From: Callorhinchus milii
Lineage: Eukaryota
DNA: 64,000 bases
NCBI RefSeq assembly: GCF_018977255.1
Contig: NW_024704742.1
Location: forward strand, 119,476,001-119,540,000
Direction: 5' to 3'
The notes under the pieces are model-generated. The model saw only the letters and a list, made by a program, of their open reading frames with translations. It was not told where the DNA came from and did no database searches. Positions 1 to 12,333 of this stretch are shown in pieces (the stretch's first letter is position 1; each line of letters starts with the position of its first letter). The position numbers and the translations under genes are program-made.

Positions 1-734
1 TGCAGATACCTGGTGCCTTACACTGAGCCACTGGGACTCTGCTTGGATGCTGGTCACAGGTTTAGTTCTGTGATGTGAGACAAGACTAATTGGGCGAATG
101 CCTGTTTTTGTGCCATATGACTATACATAAATACCTGCAGGATTCACTATTTACAAGTAAATTTGCAATTTATACCATTGAATCCCCATTGTGTATACAC
201 ACACACGACTTTATACAGTCGGGCAACAACAACTAGCTTTTATATAGTACTCTTCACACACAATTGGGTCTCGAGCCCTGCACAATGATGCCGTTGGATG
301 CCGAGCAAGGGAGAAGGGGGAAAAGTCTTAAGATAATAATAATATAATATACATTTGATATAGTGCTTTTCACGCCTTCTAGACATCTCAAAGTGCTTCA
401 CAGAATATACTGTAAAGTAAATTGACTGTATATTTTGTGGGCAAAACGTGGCAGCCAATTGCGCACAAGATGGGATTTAACACGGAAGCATTCGGGTCCT
501 TAAAACTGGACCCTGCATTATAACAGGTCATGTTGTAGATCGGGCATCGATGAGCACTTCCAGGTCAACAGATCACCAATGATATCGCTGTTGACATCAC
601 CAAACCACGCTGTGTACAAGAGTGATAACCACTCGGTAAGAATTTCCAGTGTTTGTGAGTGTTTGCTGGGACACCTGCAGGTTTCCTACACTGGACACCA
701 GAGTGTTATACTGCGGGTTCACAGTGTGCCTATG

Positions 735-750
735 ATATATATATATATAT
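735..750 (+). repeat. (AT)n microsatellite
   Basis: atatatatatatatat. Confidence 0.85.
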
Positions 751-1754
751 GCATCCATACGGATAGGGTGCACTGTCAACAGAGCTGAATCAGAGATACA
801 ATTACTGAACAGTTCTACCAGTTACATGCTGAACATTTGATAAGAGCTCCAGGTTCATCGGTTTGTGTCGGTGTGAAACACTGAAGCTATTTGAGAAATG
901 GAGTGATTGGATATGTCTGATGTTCAGCACGTCCCTGTGGAATCATCAAATATAGATCGTTTTGATGTTGCTGCCAATGGTTTGAATTCCACCACACACA
1001 GTAAACGGGGTAGGATTCTAGCACCCGGCATCGTACAGTATTTCAGAGCCTGTGACATAAATGGGCCAATAACCTAGCGCTGCAGCCTAATTTGAGATTG
1101 TACTGAAATGGTAGCAGACAAGTTTGCGATGGCAGGTGAAGAATTTATGAAGGTACTTGGCACCTAGTGTGGGTGGTGTGCATTACTGTACTTTAATAGG
1201 GCTATTAAGCTGTCAAGAGTACAAAGCATAAAGATGGATGGGAGATAGCTCTCTTAAACTTTGAGTAATAAAGGAATGGGATAGGGTGTATTTTTAAGGT
1301 TTAAATACTTCCAGATTATATTCTTTTTAATGAATTCTAAAACCGACAGTAAAATATTAATCTTTTTTGAACTGCCCGTTGAAATCGAGAAGGTTTTTAG
1401 AAAGAAAACTTCTTTGACGTTTGCTTTCCAATGCACGTCCTCCACATTGTGCATGTCAGTCACATCACATGAACCCAGACAGGGTACGCACTATTTTGGA
1501 TTCAGTCAGTTTCGTAACAGATGGAACAACAGTTTAAATTATCAAACAGCGTGAAATTAATTAAGTTTCAGACACTACCTTAAACCATTCCACAAAGCAG
1601 CACATGTCCTGTCAATTAGCTCTTTGTTTATTAAAAAAAAGTGACCTAACATGCAGTTAACTCACAAATACATTGCCCTTGTTGTGAACCCAGTAACCGC
1701 AGGGAATGCTCTTCAGCGTGGAACATGTGCATCTAGAATTTCTGTAAGTATTAC

Positions 1755-1877
1755 CTTGACAAGAAGCTCCACCACCTCAGTGTGAACAAGGCCGTGGACT
1801 GGCTCGCCATTTACATGGGTAATGAGGTCTCCGGCCTTCAATCCTGCCACATGAGCCGCACTCCCTTCTTCAACATT
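1755..1877 (-). CDS. MAST4: MAST4 exon v: [41 protein letters not shown] (PDZ)
   Basis: ggctag|AATGTT...GTCAAG|gtaata; 123 nt. Confidence 0.97.
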
Positions 1878-2082
1878 CTAGCCCACAAGAAACACAAAGA
1901 TCAATAACTCACAACGACAACGTGTATTGATACAGTGCGCCTCACAAGGGATAGCGTCTTGCAGTGTTTAACAGTGACGAGGTTCGACGCCGAGCCAAGT
2001 AGAGATGGGAGGTGTCCATAGGCACAACGTTTTATTACAACCAAAGTGCAAAATTCTAAAGAACGTCCTGTCGCTCACTTAC

Positions 2083-2309
2083 CCAAACAATATGGTGAAC
2101 TGTGTAAATGTCACTGTCACCCACATAGACCCGAATTGCTCGTAGTGTAAAACCGTACTTCTTTCCTGAGCTGTAGATAATTATTGGAGGTTTTGGGCTT
2201 CCAGAGCTTGTGGAGGAGTCCCGACTGGGGGATGAATCCCTCGATGAAGGATCGGAAGAGAGGGAATGTGGGGAGATTGGACTGGCCAGTGGAGATGCCC
2301 CAAAAACAT
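2083..2309 (-). CDS. MAST4: MAST4 exon u: [31 protein letters not shown]...[27 protein letters not shown] (PDZ start)
   Basis: tttcag|ATGTTT...GTTTGG|gtaagt; 227 nt; a second in-frame acceptor would extend it to 2324. Confidence 0.96.
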
Positions 2310-3081
2310 CTGAAATGAAAGTGTCTAGATAGTGAAAACAGCACACGCATACACTAACTTAATAAATTAACTTAATTAATGGCAAAATGCTAACTTAATA
2401 AATAGGAGAGTGAATCAATTTCACAGCAACAAATTTGGACACCAGCTCTTACCTAGTAGTGGAAATTGAAGATCGGGTGGTGGGGGGGGGCTTCTATTAT
2501 GTAAAGTAGGCAACTATTTTATTTTGGTTGGAAAAATATGAAATTGCAGATTCTGGTTTCTGTTTTTCTCTGCACTAGATCTTCATCCCAATGTTTTCTC
2601 AATCCTGAGGTTTGAGTGCAGATTGATGGTACAGAACGTTCTCAAGATTATCCTCAGCAAATCTCACTCTTTCCCCTCTGGTGCCTCATACTGAAGATCA
2701 TTTCCACAAGACAGTGGCCACCCTCTGGGCCCAGGCACAGAGTGCTTGGTGAGGCCATGGGGTGAGCATTGGCAAATTAATTGGCTGTGAGAAGGATTGC
2801 ATGCAAGTCCAATGTCGATCCCTGCTGGAAAGCACGAGTTTCTTTGGGAGTAAATTATCTCAGAGCTGTCTGTCTGCAAAAACACTACTTAATAAAGTGC
2901 ATCTCGGTTTCTATGAAATGTTTACTTGACTGGACATTAAGTTGGAATTTTATTTAATGTGCTTGTCCATCTGTGTGTAAACTCACGTAAAACAAAAAAA
3001 CGACTGCATTTATATGCGAGTATTACAGAAAGCCACTAGCCTGTATTGTACATGCTGGGACTGCGTTACTAATTACCATAC

Positions 3082-3282
3082 CTGCTGGGATCATGAGGGA
3101 GAGTGCGGTGGCGGAGGCTGATTTGATCACTTTGCCTGTTGTTCGCTCTTTCTCTGTGCTTTCTAATCGCTGACGGGCCAACTGGGAAATGTTGTCACTT
3201 GCAGCCTTTGAAGAATTATCTGCACTTTCCACACAGTCACTCCTGGTATTAATCTGATCCAGATGCTCTGAAAAACTACCAA
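3082..3282 (-). CDS. MAST4: MAST4 exon t: VGSFSEHLDQINTRSDCVES...KVIKSASATALSLMIPA
   Basis: gtacag|TTGGTA...CAGCAG|gtatgg; 201 nt. Confidence 0.96.
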
Positions 3283-4829
3283 CTGTACAACAAGAAACAC
3301 ATTTTAATCAATGCGCCTCCAATCATTATTATGCGTGGTTTAGAAATGGGAAAATAAAAACTGCAAATGATTGACACTGAATTAGACAATAAAGGCAGGA
3401 TGCCTCTCCATTCTGACAAGATCTCGAATTATAATATCCCCAAATGAGTTTGAGAATCAGTTAATTAAATGGCACATTTCTATAAATTCACTCCTTAATA
3501 TTCCCTCTTCCCAGATAATATTAATAGAACATTCTCAGAATCCACTTGTATAACATTTGCAGTGTAAATTCGACAAGACAACATCTGAAGAATGCACATC
3601 TGTTCACTTATCTACACACAGTCGCTCCACTTTAAAACAGACTCAATGAGTGAAGCTCTGTGAGACGTTCCAAGCCAAGAAACTGTGTCAAATCAAGTGT
3701 GGCTATTGTTTAATTTATGCGGCCTCTTTCCTTGAAATCCTCTGCTTCTGAAAGCTTCGCTGAATCAAGATGGACACATTTCCCTCTCTCTCCCCCTCCC
3801 CCCCACCCAATTTTCTAGATCAATGAATTCATATCTTACAAAAATTAACAAGCCTCGCAGAGCCTCAGGCAATACTGAGGAAGTGAGGAAAACAGTCATT
3901 TCAGCATAGGAAGGAAGCCATTCAATCTGCCATGTTTTATCCATGGTACCTTGCCACTCGAGTTATCCACTCTCATCCCTGCTGTTCCCCATGCGCTTAT
4001 ATATGTTTAATCTAAACATGTTCCAACTCTGCTTCAATAGAAGCTTAAGATAATAAATAGATCCACCAACCTAATAACTCATTTTTTCAAAAAAAATCTG
4101 TTTTTGAAAAGAAAAGAATTAGGGGAAGAATGGTCAGCAGAGGGGGGTTGGGTTGGGGAGGGGGAGAGAGAATTCGAGAATGAATAAGCTGTGTTAAAAT
4201 AAAAAAGACTTTAGGATTCAATTGGTTCTTTAACAATTACAAATCGCACTTAAACGTTCTGGGGAGCTCAATGCAGCTGGATTTTAGGAGACAGCAAATG
4301 GAGTCACATTGCTTGCAGTTATATTTTTACTGGTGAGTGAATGTCCATAGGGTGGGCAAGGCAGGTGGGCTCCAGCACAATCCTCTCACAACTACATCTT
4401 TCCGATTTTCACTCTATTTTTCGCAGCAAATCAGCTGGGAATGTATAGTATAAGAATAAGAAATGTAACCAACTGAGTTATATTTTGCTTTCAAGGCTCA
4501 TTTCAGACCCGCTCCTTATAAATTTAAAGTAAATCTGAACGTTTAAGCCAAGTTCAATAAAAACATTTCCAGTGAAAATGGTTCTAAAACATGGTACAAC
4601 TTCTAAATTTTTAATTGACTAGGTTTCGTCAATTTTAATGATCAACGACTATTGAAATACTGGAGATGGACAGTATATTGTGTTAAATTGTTTATCCAGT
4701 TCCAATTGAGGTTGATAGTAGGAACCGGGAGATGGAGCATGCCATTCAGCATCTTGAGTCCTTTACACATTGTATTATTGTTTATATTTTATGGACGTGG
4801 ACAGCAATCAGCGGAAAGCAATCTGGTAC

Positions 4830-5050
4830 CTGAAAGGGTGGAGCCGCTGATTGTGCTGGGAGTGGTAACGTCAGTCTCATCCTGAGATGTCCCGATAGAA
4901 AACATGACCTTGTCGTGCCCTCTGTGAGAATCTCCCTGTGACAGAGAGTCATCCTCTTCAGCAGAAATAGCGAAGCTCGGCAGCAGTCCAGAGCGCCGAT
5001 AACAGTTGTTACTCTCAGGACTTGAGGAGTGGGACAGAGACAGGTGCTGC
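4830..5050 (-). CDS. MAST4: MAST4 exon s: QHLSLSHSSSPESNN...SGLLPSFAISAEE...DVTTPSTISGSTLS
   Basis: cttcag|GCAGCA...TTTCAG|gtacca; 221 nt; this frame is not the one shown in the ORF track. Confidence 0.92.
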
Positions 5051-6759
5051 CTGAAGACAGCAATAAAGACGTGAGATACATTTCAGAACATTATAGCAAA
5101 CTTTGCAACTAAATTAATTGTTGTGATAAACCTCACATTAAGGCTATTTTTCGTGCTCTGACTTACACAGGCTGGACTGAACTTCATTACTTTATACCAC
5201 AATTATATGCAGCTTCACAAATTATGGGAAATAAATGTGCTCAATGGGGTTATCCCTTTGAAGAAAAATAAATTAAAAAATAATAAAAAATTGGTCACTC
5301 AATCCATGACTATTTGTGGGACACTGCTGTGCACAATTGGCTGCCGCATTTTGCCCACAAAAAAAGTCAATTCACTTTACAATATGGTCTGTGAAGCGCT
5401 TTTTTGAGACGTCTTGAAGATGTGATAAGGTGCTATATCAAATGCAAGCATTATTTTTATTATTATGAATAATTTCTGATGCCTGTTCTAAAATTGCCCT
5501 TCACAACTCTAAGGCTGTGTCCTCTTGTTCTATTGTTTTGGTGCATCTGAAAGTATTGTTTACTTTTTCAATCCAATTTAAAATGTTATATAGCTCTACA
5601 AGGTCACCAATGGGACATCTACTTTCAAGACTGAAGAACCCTAACTTAGATATCTATTCACTGTTTACAGTTCAATCCTCTAACACTGGGAATTATTCTC
5701 ATTGCTCTCTCTCTCTCTTTCATACACATCCTCTAGGGTCTGGATAGCCCCCTTATGTTGGGGTGACTAGAACTGTATGTAGTACTCTAGGTGTGGTCTG
5801 ACCTATGTAGTTTGGCTTTATCTTCTGGGGACCTCAACTGATTTGGCAATATCTGGTTGTATTGTAACGATGAAAACAAACCTAACTTTTTAAAAGCTTA
5901 TCAAGCACTAGGAACATGGATGCAAATGCACACGTACTCAAGTGCACACATGCAAAATCAGCAGAGTGTGATCCATGCCAGAGATAGCACTGCTACAATT
6001 ACCAATGATTTACAGTATGCGCCAGCTGGACACTTTGCCTGCAATTAAACTGGGCTATCACTGGGCAGACACGCTAAGGGCTCAGTGTTATTAAACAGTG
6101 AGAGCAGCAGCATCTTGCTGTGATGATGATGTTGTTCAGCACAGTAAATTAGCCCCACAATTTGTTTCTGTCTGTCCCAATCAGCGCTAATACAAGACTT
6201 CAAAGATACAATAGTAATAATCCTTGTATTTGATACAGACCCTTATCACGTCAAGGAGACGTATCATAGATCTTTACTGGATAAATACTGCAGAAGTGGC
6301 AACAGTGTAGAAACAGACAATACCACACCAACCAGATCATCAGCAATCAGTATATTACATTATAGAAAGAGGCCATTCGGCCCATTAAGTCTGTACTAAT
6401 CTTTTTTCCACAAATGAGCAAATTAATCTTATGCCACTCTCCTACGTTCTGCCCCTTAATCTTTAATATTTCTCTTTTTTGAGCATTTATTTAATTCCCT
6501 TTCAAAATAATTAATGGGCTTTAATTCAAATAACACTCCAGTGCAGTGTTGGGGGTGGGCTGCTGGTTACAGGGGTATTGTCTTTCAGATGAGGTCCCAT
6601 TCGGCTGTTCAGGTGAACTATAAAATGCTATTCAAAAAAAGAGATGGGAATTTCTCACAATATAACTTTTGTTTTCTGAAGTCCCTTTTAATTCTTGTTT
6701 TGCTTACCTTAAATTTGTGCCACTCCTTACCAACACGCTCACCAATGGAACTAATCTAT

Positions 6760-7068
6760 ATTCTCAATCAGAATCCTTCGATCTTCTCCTACCCAACACC
6801 TCTGCTCATCGAACTTACTACACGTCGCCTGCCCTCTCTGAGCACAAGCGGTGGCCAATCCTTCAGTTTCTACACCTCTTAACCAGTGGAACTCCTCTCT
6901 CTGTCTCGGCCCATCTCTTTCTGTTTTTAGTCGCACCTCAAACCTTGCCTCTTTGAACACGCCTAAGGCCACCCTCCCCTCCCTTGCTTGGTGTTCAACC
7001 CCATCTCTGTAAAGTGCTCCGAGACGTTACCCTATGTGAAGGCCGCTATATAAATGCAAGTTGTTGTT
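6760..7068 (+). mobile_element. Old L2 3' end
   Basis: tggaactc...ctctttgaacacgcct...gtgaaggccgctatataaatgcaagttgttgtt. Confidence 0.7.
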
Positions 7069-7454
7069 CTTATTGACATAATTGGGCAAATTGGCATCAG
7101 GTCTGCCTTTAATCTTCTCAGTGCCAACTTATCAACTCTCTTCAATAATGAAAATTATCGTTGGTGGATATGGCCCAGAGCTGTACCAATAGCACTACCT
7201 GGCTCATTACTGTACGATCAGCATTTTTCATGGCCCATTTAATTTTGCTATTTTTATGCGAAATTAAATGGCCCCTGAAAATGTTTTTACTCACAATTTA
7301 CCTGTAAAGCAGGTAGCAGATGCGGGTTTGCATGAAAATAAAGGAATAAAAATGGTGCTCTGTGGCGCAAAAAAACGCTGAAAATAGTGATTCTCTAGCA
7401 AATAAACATAACAAATAATGATAATCCTTGCATTTGATATACTGCTGTACCTTA

Positions 7455-7722
7455 GGTCAGACATTAAATCGAGGTCTGCCTGTTCAGATTGGCATTAAAG
7501 ATCCCATGGCAGTATTCAAAACAAGAAGGGAGTTTCTCCCCAACAGTATCCCAGATAAATTTGGTAATTCACTTCAAGGCTGTTTTTCGGGACATTACAG
7601 TGTGCCTCGTTTGCCTACAAAATACACAGTCACTACACTTAATGGTAAATCATGTAGAGTTTAGAAATGTCCCCTCAACGTGAAAGGTGCTATATTAAAT
7701 GCAAGGATTTATTATTATTATT
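7455..7722 (+). mobile_element. 5'-truncated DeuSINE-like copy (similar copies at about 23005-23293, 44690-44892, 45060-45220)
   Basis: aaagatcccatggcagtatt...gagtttctcccc core plus (ATT)n tail. Confidence 0.72.
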
Positions 7723-9163
7723 TTACCACCTTATCACGTTGTTGAAACATGTAAAAATGTCTCGCTGAATTTACTGGAGAGTGCAGTAACAGTGTACTTT
7801 GTAGTTGAATGAAAAAGAGCTTTAGTTATGTCTCCTGTCACTCAAAATATAATAATAATAATTCTTGCATTTGATATGGTGCCTTATCATGTCTCAAAGC
7901 GCTTCACAGAATATACTGCAAAATGAATTGGCTGTATATTTTGTGGGCGAAACGCAAATGGTGCCAATATAACATTTATTTGCTGCCATTTTTGCTACAA
8001 CTCAAAGCAATACAATATTATGAAGCGTTCTTTTACAAACTATTGTCGTTTCAAATAGATTACCATTAATCCCAGTGTTCCTGCCCCTCCCCCACCAATT
8101 GATTCACACCTGAAAACATTCTCTGTTTGAGCAGTTATTTCAGTGTACATGATCATGGGCACTGCTCTGGAAAGGTCTCTGAGGTTGATAACCTGGAGGG
8201 CCCTGAGCTAACGTACAGTTAATGGTAAAGTGTTCTCAAGTTAATGATTACCTTTATTGATGTTAAAACGTCAGCCTCACTGACTCCTGCTTTAAAGTGA
8301 CCAACACGAACTGTTTAAAGGAAAACAATTCCTTCTTCTGCACATAAAATAAAAATGGAATAAAACAAATTGGGGTAATTTTTTTAAAAAAGGGAAGATT
8401 AATTTGGGGATCAAATTCTCCTTGTGTTCTTTTGCTGGGCCAGACAGCAGCTCTCTTCATCCAAGTCCAGCACTGCTCCAGCCACAGGTATGAGAGATCT
8501 GCGGGATCTCTGCTCCCTACGACTGATGTCCCCCCTGATGCAGTTTCCCGCTCTCCTGCCTGGAAAGGCCTTTACTCATCATCATCACCAGTTTACAGTG
8601 GGACAGAAGCAACTTTGGGGACGTGGTCATGATACCACATCGTACCACTGGGTGGCAGCACACCTTCTAACTGCGCTGTAATTGCAGAGCAAAAAAATGC
8701 CTATTGTAAATCATGATCCTTTTAAGCATTTTTTTAAAAAATCGTGTTCTGATGGTCAGCCTTTGTGCTTTCAACTAAGTTTAATAGCATGGAAAAAACA
8801 TTCTCACCTGCCAAAGATGTCAGGATCACCTTCAAACATATTGTGCGAATATAATCCAGCTCTAAGTCTGAACAATGTGAACCTCCCCATCAATACCCAC
8901 ATTTCTCCCCCCGTTTCCTACATCCTGAATTGTGTAAGTGGTTAGAAATTGCCTGGATCTTGAGACAACCTCTCCTGAGGGATTACACAGTTCACTGTAA
9001 ATGCTCAGTTCATTAAAATGTCAAACCAAATGAACAGCTACAAGAACTGAATGTGCAGATTAATAATACTGCAATAACAACAACTTGCAATTATATAGTG
9101 CCCTTCAATCAGGCAGTATCTTGGAGTGCGTATTTACATTCACTTACATTTACTGATACTTAC

Positions 9164-9318
9164 ATTTCAGAGTATTCAGGAGTCCAGGTGAGTGATTCAA
9201 CATGCAGTGTATTGACATTTTTTACTCTGTCTCCAGCAGTATCCTTCTCATCCCCTTGTATCCTCTCAGTATACTTTTTCTCATCAACATGCGATATTCG
9301 GTCCATGCTTTTGTAAAC
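9164..9318 (-). CDS. MAST4: MAST4 exon r: VYKSMDRISHVDEKK...ESLTWTPEYSE(M)
   Basis: cttaag|GTTTAC...TGAAAT|gtaagt; 155 nt; resembles MAST4 VFSSIDRI...ETLSWSSEYSEM. Confidence 0.92.
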
Positions 9319-10935
9319 CTTAAGATGTAACAAGAGAAGCCATGTAGTGGGCAATGTTTTCAGCTATTTTAATGGTTAGAAAACATATTCATACAGAATG
9401 ATTGCACAGCAGAGATCCTCTAGGGAATCAAAACTAATTCTCAGCAGACCATTTTGCAGAGACAAACGCAATTTCAAGTAAACCTTTCAATTTCCAACAC
9501 AGCAACGATTTCCATTTATATACCACCCTTCACATAGTCTCGGAGCACTTTAGAAATAAAGGGGTTAGACACTGAGCAAGGGGCAAGGGGAGATCGCGGT
9601 TGGTATGGTCAAGGAGCTAGATTTTTAGGTAGGATTTAAAGATAAATAGAGAGGGGTAGGCAAGATTCAGGAGTAGAGGGAGAGGGAGCTCCAAAGGTCA
9701 GGAGCAAACAACCCCTTTATTATAGAAATGTTCAGTGTTTAAATTGAAAATCTGTATCAATAAAACTGACAAGAGGAATGTGATCTGGTTCTCTCTGAAC
9801 AACAGACTTGGGTGTCCCAGTTCTTCAAAGTGAACAATCACTATGTGCCATCAGGTGCCCTCTTTACAAGGTACTCCTGGCATGGTCTGTACTAATCCTC
9901 AATTCTATGTCTGATCTGGGACTGGGAAAGTGTTTCTGTGCTGAACCAGTATCCACAGGTCTCTCTGAATTTGAAAATAAAATCTTAATAGCTTGGAGCC
10001 TGAATGGCTTTCCAGAGAATATGCCGTTCTCATCAAGCCCTGAAGCATGCAGCAACTCAAAGTTGTGAGACAATTGGGACAATGGAGGTCAGTGCAGGCA
10101 GGTGCTCCGCGAATCAGCCACTGTCACTGATCTGTGATATTCAATGCAGGTTTTGAAATGAATAAAAAGGCATTGGAAACTGAGATACAGTCAAACTGAA
10201 CTGAATGAGGTAGGCCGATATCCAAGGTGGTTTTAGTGATTTGATGCAAACACAAAGCCTCACAAAATGTTCACCCGTAACTTCTTTACAGAACTAATGA
10301 AGGATAGTATGGACTAAGCACTGATATTGGATGGAAACATAGGAGCGTACAAGACGGGAAAAGACCATTGCAGTCCATCTGGTTAATCCCAAAGAAATGC
10401 TGTTAATATTTGTACATTACCATCTCCCATACCCCTCATTTACATTCTTTGCCAAATAGTTATCTAACTGCCTCTTGAATTTGCTGATGAAATCTTCCTC
10501 CACAGCCTCCCTGGGTGTACAATTAAGATGACTCTTAGCACTACGGCTGCTCCAGTTCTGGTTAACTAAACCAGTGCGGATCAGGGATCGAATCTTGAGC
10601 TCCTCCTGACAAGCAGGGCTCAATTCCACAACACAGAATCCAATTACCTGCTGAGGCAGCAGGAACTCTAGCACATTTCTTTGACTCATCAAGATATAAA
10701 TCGACTGAAGTATAATTTACTCAAGCACGAATTGTGCATGCAACTAAAAACTACTAAGGAGGGAATTTTAGCAAATTACTGTACATTGAATGGTATCTTA
10801 AATTAGAAAATTAATTAGAATCCATACTTCAATATGTGTCTGCAATGCATTCAAATACATTAAAAGAGCAAAATCTATCAACTGTAATAGCTCCAAATAA
10901 AATAAGATAAAAATATGTTCTTTGATGTCACTCAC

Positions 10936-11048
10936 TTTGTTAAATCGATGGGAGCAGGAAGAGAACTGTCTGATTTCCAGGTTAAAATCCTCCTCATTTG
11001 CCTCATCCTCTTCCTCAGTTTCCATGTGATGGTATCTTTCAGATCGAG
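10936..11048 (-). CDS. MAST4: MAST4 exon q: TRSERYHHMETEEEDEANEEDFNLEIRQFSSCSHRFNK
   Basis: atgtag|CTCGAT...AACAAA|gtgagt; 113 nt. Confidence 0.97.
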
Positions 11049-11139
11049 CTACATACATTGTAAAAGGAAGCGAAAATTAACATTACATGCAAGTGCCACT
11101 TGATTTTACACACAAAATGAAGGTTTCATAAATGATCAA

Positions 11140-11578
11140 TAAATAATAATCCTTGCATTTAGTACAGCGCCTTTCTCATCAGGAGAAGTTCCCAAAGCCC
11201 TTCATAGAATGTACTGCAGGTGTAGTAACTGTGTTTTGTGGTCGAAAGCGGCAGGCAACTTGCGAACAGCAATGTCCCACCATCAGCCATGAAGTGAATG
11301 ACTAATTTTATTTGGGGGATTGTTGGTCAGGACACCAGAAGAAACTTCATTTTCTTTTGCAAAGGTGCCATGGGATCTTTAACATTCACCTGAACAGGTA
11401 GACAGACCTCGGGTTAACATCTCATCTGAAAGTATAAGACTTCCGACAATGCAGTTCACCTCCAGCACTGCACTGGAGTGTCATCTTAGATGATATGAGT
11501 TCCAAGTCCCATTGTGGGGCTTGAACCCACAATCTTCTGACTCAGAGGCAAGTGCTACCAACTAATCCAGACTGGCAC
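11140..11578 (-). mobile_element. Older DeuSINE-like (SacSINE1/AmnSINE-related) SINE
   Basis: tRNA-like head; Deu-like core cagatgagatgttaacccgaggtctgtc...caggtgaatgttaaagatcccatggcac; L2-like tail. Confidence 0.8.
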
Positions 11579-12210
11579 ACAATAACTAGGCACAGATATC
11601 CAAAACGCACATGTAGAATAAAAATAAACACGATAAAGCAGATCAATATCAGAGAATCATACAACCTTACAACACAGTAAGAGGTCATTTGGCCTATTGC
11701 ATCTGTGCTGGTTCTTTGAGAGAGCAATCTATTCAGTCTCATTTACTTGCCTTCTCCCCCATATCCCTACGAATTACTCACTTTTACATATATATCTGAT
11801 TTCCTCTTGAAAGTTAATATGGATCTTGCTCTGACCACCTCACTCAGCAGAGCATTGCACATCCTCTGTGTAAAGTCATTCCTCCCAATCTATCCCTTTA
11901 GTAATCATTTTAAATCAATGTCCTCGAGTCAATGACTCACTGACCAGTGGAAAATTAACACTTTACTGATGCACTTGGTTTAGCGCCTTTCACCTCGGGA
12001 GGATGTCCCAAAGCTCTTCACAAAATATACTGCAAAGTGTAGTGACTGTGTGTTTTGTTGCCAAACTGGCAGCCAATTTGTAAACAATAACACCAACAGC
12101 CATGAAGTGAATGAATGATCAATTTCATTTGGGGAATGCAATTCAGCAGTGCAGCTTTTGAAAGAGAAATTATTTCAGCGCTTAAACTTCTACCATCTTA
12201 TTTCACTTAC

Positions 12211-12333
12211 TGTCAAAATAACTGGTATCATCCTCAGACTCCAACTGAGGAATGAATTCTGCTTTCTGCCTGAGCAACCCATTCCAGTCCAGCCCATGGA
12301 AGAAATCATGCTGCTTTACCTCATAGGCACCAC
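12211..12333 (-). CDS. MAST4: MAST4 exon p: [41 protein letters not shown] (AGC C-tail)
   Basis: caccag|GTGGTG...TTGACA|gtaagt; 123 nt. Confidence 0.97.

Noticed and set aside
470..1200. Possible decayed transposase, or the next MAST4 exon (SGNKV...KTGPAR)
   Set aside because: The mariner-like hints are weak and wrongly spaced, and the KTGP-like codons at about 502 are on the wrong strand. The next exon must lie outside the window.
2445..2495. TAG|GTAAGA site as a microexon or recursive splice site
   Set aside because: Candidate exon lengths (38 or 41 nt) break the frame, and the intron is under 1 kb.
9140..9163. Second GTAAGT donor 16 nt into the intron after exon r
   Set aside because: Using it reads an immediate stop (ATG TAA), so it is at most noise or an NMD product.
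9808..10135. ORFs 9864-10082 (-) and 9808-10068 (+) as extra exons
   Set aside because: The nearest acceptor (10131) meets stops in all three frames within a few codons, and exons q and r already join in phase.
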